The position numbers were made by a program, and so were the translations under genes. The notes under the pieces are model-generated. The model was not told the origin of the DNA. It saw only the letters and a program-made list of their open reading frames with translations, and did no database searches. Below, piece after piece: positions 37,434 to 40,724 of a stretch of DNA of 40,724 nt. Every line of letters begins with the position of its first letter. Position 1 is the first letter of the stretch. Location: assembly GCA_037380845.1 (NCBI GenBank), contig JARRRI010000047.1, positions 1 through 40,724 of the forward strand. The letters are read 5' to 3'. This DNA is from Candidatus Sulfobium sp. (GTDB lineage Bacteria; Nitrospirota; Thermodesulfovibrionia; Thermodesulfovibrionales; UBA6898).

Positions 37434-37667
37434 TCATCTCTTATTATATTTCGTGGCGTTGTTCTTCGACAATTCTACGGGATATTTCTTCTCGTTTACT
37501 TCGATCTTTTCCATGATCGCCTTTTCGATGTCTACGCCGAGCTTGTCGGACAGGCGGACGAGGTAGATCATCACATCGGCGATCTCCCGCCTGATAAGCG
37601 CCATCTCCTTTTTGTCATTGACGATCTCCCGTGACTGCTCGTCGGTGAGCCACTGGAAGATTTCGAG
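37434..37667 (-). pseudogene. MazG-like fragment C (codon 40 to stop)
   Basis: Open frame LEIFQWLTDEQSREIVNDKKEMALIRREIADVMIYLVRLSDKLGVDIEKAIMEKIEVNEKKYPVELSKNNATKYNKR*, with the EIAD metal motif and no N-terminus. Confidence 0.9.
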
Positions 37668-37712
37668 GGTTATCGAATAAAGGACCGATCTCCCGGTCCG
37701 GAAGGCCTCTTC

Positions 37713-38396
37713 CTATGCCCGTCGGCGGCGGAGGACATAGAGCGCCGCCCCGGCCAGACAGAGCACCATTACGGCGATGCCGACTGTGTCGAGAGCGGGC
37801 ACTGCGACGGCTCCGGCAGCGACGAGATCGCCAGTGACGTTGATGAAGAGGTTCCCCGGCGCAGACGGTGTAATATCGGTGGCCGGCGGGTAGGGCGCCG
37901 GGGAAAACGATTCCGCTTCCGAGCCGAGTTCCGTGACTCCGACCCCCGGGGTGCCCGAAGGGCTGCCTGATCCTTCCGGCGACATGGACAAGGGCGACGA
38001 GTTTGTGGAGGCCAGCACCACGTAATAATGCCCCGGCGGGAGCGTGAGCCCCGAGAAGAGCGTGCGCAGCGCAAACGTGTCGGTGAGGCCCGAAACCGAA
38101 ACCGGAGGCGCCACTTCGTTGGCAGAGGTGGTGCCGGGTCCGATCTGATTCACCAGGTAGACTGTGCCTTCAACTCCCCCGATCGGGCCTTCCACGCTTT
38201 GGTCGACCAACGGCATGGTTATGCTTACATTCGAGTACGTTACCGTCTGGCTCCAGCCCTCGACCATCACGATCTGGTTATAGAAGCCGAAGGGCTGCGG
38301 CCCCGTGATGGTAAGAACATTCGCGGCATGGCCGACCCCGACTGTGACAAGCAGAGCAAAAGCGGATATCAGAACAGAAACATATCTTTTCATCAT
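37713..38396 (-). CDS. surface protein with an IPTL-CTERM-like (exosortase) sorting signal
   Basis: Signal peptide, Ser/Thr/Pro/Gly-rich beta domain, C-terminal VPALD + TM helix + RRRR. Confidence 0.82.
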   Translation of the reverse strand: MMKRYVSVLISAFALLVTVGVGHAANVLTITGPQPFGFYNQIVMVEGWSQTVTYSNVSITMPLVDQSVEGPIGGVEGTVYLVNQIGPGTTSANEVAPPVSVSGLTDTFALRTLFSGLTLPPGHYYVVLASTNSSPLSMSPEGSGSPSGTPGVGVTELGSEAESFSPAPYPPATDITPSAPGNLFINVTGDLVAAGAVAVPALDTVGIAVMVLCLAGAALYVLRRRRA

Positions 38397-38471
38397 GGCC
38401 CATGGCCTCCCTGATTATTTTTCAATAAGCTAACAGAGCGCCTGCAAGAAGTCAAGGCTGCGGAAGGCCCC

Positions 38472-38613
38472 ACATTCAACCCTTTCGATAATCTCGACGA
38501 TAAAATACCTCCTCGATGCCGAAGGTATCCGCTATTTTTTCCAGGGTGAGCAGTTCAGCTATATGCAGCCGTTTGTTGGCCCGGAGAGGCTGATGATAGC
38601 AAAGGAGGATGTC
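38472..38613 (+). pseudogene. DUF2007-like (putative signal transducing protein) fragment
   Basis: TFNP, a frameshift, then IKYLLDAEGIRYFFQGEQFSYMQPFVGPERLMIAKEDV; abuts MazG fragment D through the shared GATGTC. Confidence 0.6.
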
Positions 38614-38681
38614 TTCAATATTCATGGGATGTCCTCAAACAGTACTCTGTCACAGTTCAAGGGCGGACCCCTCGTCCTCTT
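38608..38681 (-). repeat. conserved leader plus MazG-like fragment D (MNIEDI)
   Basis: AAGAGGACGAGGGGTCCGCCCTTGAACTGTGACA...CCC ATG AAT ATT GAA GAC ATC. Confidence 0.8.
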
Positions 38682-39049
38682 GTTTTATCTTAGTCTCACA
38701 TGTGTTTGGACGAGTTCACATCGCCCCAACTTACATTCCAGCCAAAAAAGTCGACCGGAAGGATATTCAGGACACAAGGAAGGTGAAGATCAATGCTGCT
38801 TAGAGGGACATTTTTGTAGTCAAAAAGAGGTGTTTAAGTCCAAAACAAGCCCTTTTCCCCTTATGTTCTTACGTAATTTCAGATAGTTATCTTGGTCCGA
38901 CCCCGGGGAATTTTCGCCATATCAAGGGCTGCCCCCCGGCCGTTCCGTTCTTTCAAAAGTTCTTAATTGCAGTCCCTTCCGGCAGCTGCTATTTTATTTA
39001 CAGAAAGTGGTCTCGATCATATCAACCGGTTCAGGTATATAGGGAGGAA

Positions 39050-39565
39050 ATGATGAAGAAGGCATTGATAACAATGGCAATGTGTTTTCTATGTGCGTCA
39101 ATATTGTGCGTATCCGCCCCTGCTCAGGCAGACATCCTCGTCAACAACGCCGGTCTCGACCTGCTGATCAAGAGCGAGGCGCAGACGGCGGTCAGCATGC
39201 TCCAGGCGATTTATGATAAACATCTGAAGGGGGAGATGACCCTCGAACAGGCGAAGAAGCTTGGCGCCGATCTTCTGCGGGAGATGAAGTACGGGACCGA
39301 GGGATATTTCTTTGCCGATACTACCGAAGGAGTCAGTGTGGTGATGTACGGGAGGAAGGATATAGAGGGAAAGAGCATACTGCAAAACAGGGACACAAAC
39401 GGTACGTACTACATAAAGGAGATGCTGGCGAAGGCGAAGGCCGGTGGCGGGTATGCGGAATACTTCTATATGAAGAAGGGACAGACCACGACCCACCTCA
39501 AGAGATCGTATGTTCTCCCGTTCAAGCCGTTCGGGTGGATCGTCGGCACCGGATACTACCGCTGA
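39050..39565 (+). CDS. exported stand-alone single Cache domain protein
   Basis: Signal peptide; G.MTLEQAK, LR.M.YG..GYFF, D.NG.YYI, GGGY..Y, KRSY...FKPFGWIVGTG.Y. Confidence 0.9.
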   Translation: MMKKALITMAMCFLCASILCVSAPAQADILVNNAGLDLLIKSEAQTAVSMLQAIYDKHLKGEMTLEQAKKLGADLLREMKYGTEGYFFADTTEGVSVVMYGRKDIEGKSILQNRDTNGTYYIKEMLAKAKAGGGYAEYFYMKKGQTTTHLKRSYVLPFKPFGWIVGTGYYR

Positions 39566-39579
39566 AGGGGAGGGCCTGA

Positions 39580-39679
39580 CGGCCGGGATCGAGGCGGATC
39601 GAGCTCGTCGATCGCAGTGTCATCACCGGAGAGGTGGTGTTTTTGTTGGGAGGCGTCTACACGGTCAGGTCGGTCACGC
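39580..39679 (+). pseudogene. decayed paralogous fragment of the exported-protein gene at 29785-30327
   Basis: GATCGAGCTCGTCGATCGCAGTGTCATCACCGGAGAGGTGGTG...TCTACACGGTCAGGTCGGTCACGC aligns with 29927-30025. Confidence 0.8.
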
Positions 39680-39774
39680 GCCCGGGAAATGAATAAGCCA
39701 ACCCCGTAGATTCCTTCCTTAAAATTCCAGCGAAGCAGTTCGGTCCCTGTCAGCCCGGCCATGCCGGGGAGCGG

Positions 39775-39942
39775 TACGGCCGCCCTCGGCGGCGAGGGCT
39801 ATGGAGAGGTTTTTGGGACTGTAGAACCGGGTCCAGTTGCGGGCCTCCGCGAATTTGGTCAGCCGTTGGCGGATTTCTTCAATGTTCATTGTATGTCTTT
39901 AAGTAACTGTCACATGTCAAGGGCGGACGCCTCGGCCTTTCT
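39775..39942 (-). pseudogene. conserved leader plus MazG-like fragment E (codons 1 to about 38; ATG at 39889)
   Basis: AAAGGCCGAGGCGTCCGCCCTTGACATGTGACA...; MNIEEIRQRLTKFAEARNWTRFYSPKNLSIALAAE, then a 1-nt insertion. Confidence 0.85.
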
Positions 39943-39947
39943 TTGAA

Positions 39948-40060
39948 CAGTTACGGGCCTCTTCGAATTTAGCAAGTCTTTTGCGGATTTTCTTCAATAT
40001 TCATGGGATATTCCCAGGGAAATGTCATATGTCAATGGCGGACCCCTCGGCCTCTTTTAT
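39948..40060 (-). pseudogene. conserved leader plus MazG-like fragment F (codons 1-19; ATG at 40004)
   Basis: AAGAGGCCGAGGGGTCCGCCATTGACATATGACA...; MNIEE, +1 frameshift, IRKRLAKFEEARN. Confidence 0.82.
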
Positions 40061-40144
40061 TTAATGCCCTCTTGCCTTAAAGTAGCCTGCCCCTTTTTCG
40101 TTCCCTATGCCTCCGGGGCATCGCGTTAAATGGTATAATATAAT

Positions 40145-40336
40145 ATGTCAAAAAAGTCATTACTCGAAACCAATCCTTACCTGAAGGTGCCCGGGAAATA
40201 TCGCAAAGCGCTCATTGCCAACGTCGCCAGCTCAACAGCCATCGAGACCGGGGCATCAATTGAATCCATAGCACACAAACTGGCAAAGACTGATAAGGTA
40301 CACAATCTCAAATCTCCTCAGCGCTCTTCCCGATAA
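40145..40336 (+). CDS. putative Fic antitoxin, convergent with fic
   Basis: 63 aa containing SSTAIETG, a variant of the (S/T)xxxE(G/N) Fic-inhibitory motif; extended -10 TGgTATAAT 5 nt before the ATG. Confidence 0.75.
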   Translation: MSKKSLLETNPYLKVPGKYRKALIANVASSTAIETGASIESIAHKLAKTDKVHNLKSPQRSSR

Positions 40337-40724
40337 TCAGCGAAAACAGTCTCTCCATAGGCTGGTAGTCTTGGTCCATTCCTGCCTGAATTGCTTCGAA
40401 ATAGTCTTTTTTCTTATCCCCGCTTATCAATTGGAAATCGAGTAAAGGCAACCCGGCCTGAAGTGCCATTAGAGTTGAGAGAATTCTCGCTACCCTGCCG
40501 TTCCCTTCCCTAAACGGATGGATAAGCACTAGCTCCGTATGAGTTTCAGCGAGTGCGCGAATGACCTCGTGTCGATCCTTGAAATTGCAAGGTGTGTTGG
40601 GAGTAAGAACATCATTTTCGAACTGTGTCATAAGCGAAGGAATATGTAGAGACGCCGCAAAAGGGAAATTACCCTTACTAATGTTTACCTGTCGGTATTT
40701 TCCTGCCCATTCGTATATTCCTTC
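40308..40724 (-). CDS. Fic-family protein copy 2 (5' end outside the window)
   Basis: Intact HPFREGNGRVAR motif; near-identical to 35351-35572. Confidence 0.92.
   Translation of the reverse strand, partial: EGIYEWAGKYRQVNISKGNFPFAASLHIPSLMTQFENDVLTPNTPCNFKDRHEVIRALAETHTELVLIHPFREGNGRVARILSTLMALQAGLPLLDFQLISGDKKKDYFEAIQAGMDQDYQPMERLFSLIIGKSAEEI

Noticed and set aside
35000..40724. Integron cassette array
   Set aside because: The cargo looks cassette-like, but I found no RYYYAAC...GTTRRRY attC hairpins and no integrase; the repeats are gene fragments plus a leader.

Overview
Bacterial chromosomal window, GC-rich overall. Gene content suggests an anaerobic Nitrospirota/deltaproteobacteria-like organism (inference only). 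1-16.8 kb is mostly housekeeping: a tRNA-Lys/tRNA-Glu pair, aconitase, lysA-dapF-PilZ-dapA, a TPR lipoprotein, ispE-tRNA-Gln-prs-rplY-pth, YeeE plus a TusA-like gene, an FAD oxidoreductase with a B12 radical SAM enzyme, and pyk. 16.8-34.5 kb holds redox and metal genes (corA, hemerythrin, PFOR/nifJ, nitroreductase, Zn-thioredoxin, ferritin-like protein, a Cys-rich secreted metal binder, copC-copD, SemiSWEET), interleaved with several families of short palindromic and tandem repeats, including an IS4-type MITE with an 11-bp target duplication. 35-40.7 kb is a rearrangement hotspot not visible in the ORF track: six pieces of one MazG-like (dCTP pyrophosphatase-type) gene, four starting at the ATG and three behind the same GGGGTCCGCCCTTGAC-type leader. 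The pieces fit together as nested, interrupted copies carrying cargo (NERD, DUF4258/DUF2283, IPTL-CTERM, Cache), bracketed by two copies of a convergent Fic/antitoxin pair. Other highlights are an orphan promoter-to-terminator unit (candidate ~105-nt sRNA), a PFOR reading through into a repeat element, a repeat inserted in frame in dapF, and recurrent leaderless-type gene starts. Family assignments come from motif recognition by eye; no database searches were run.
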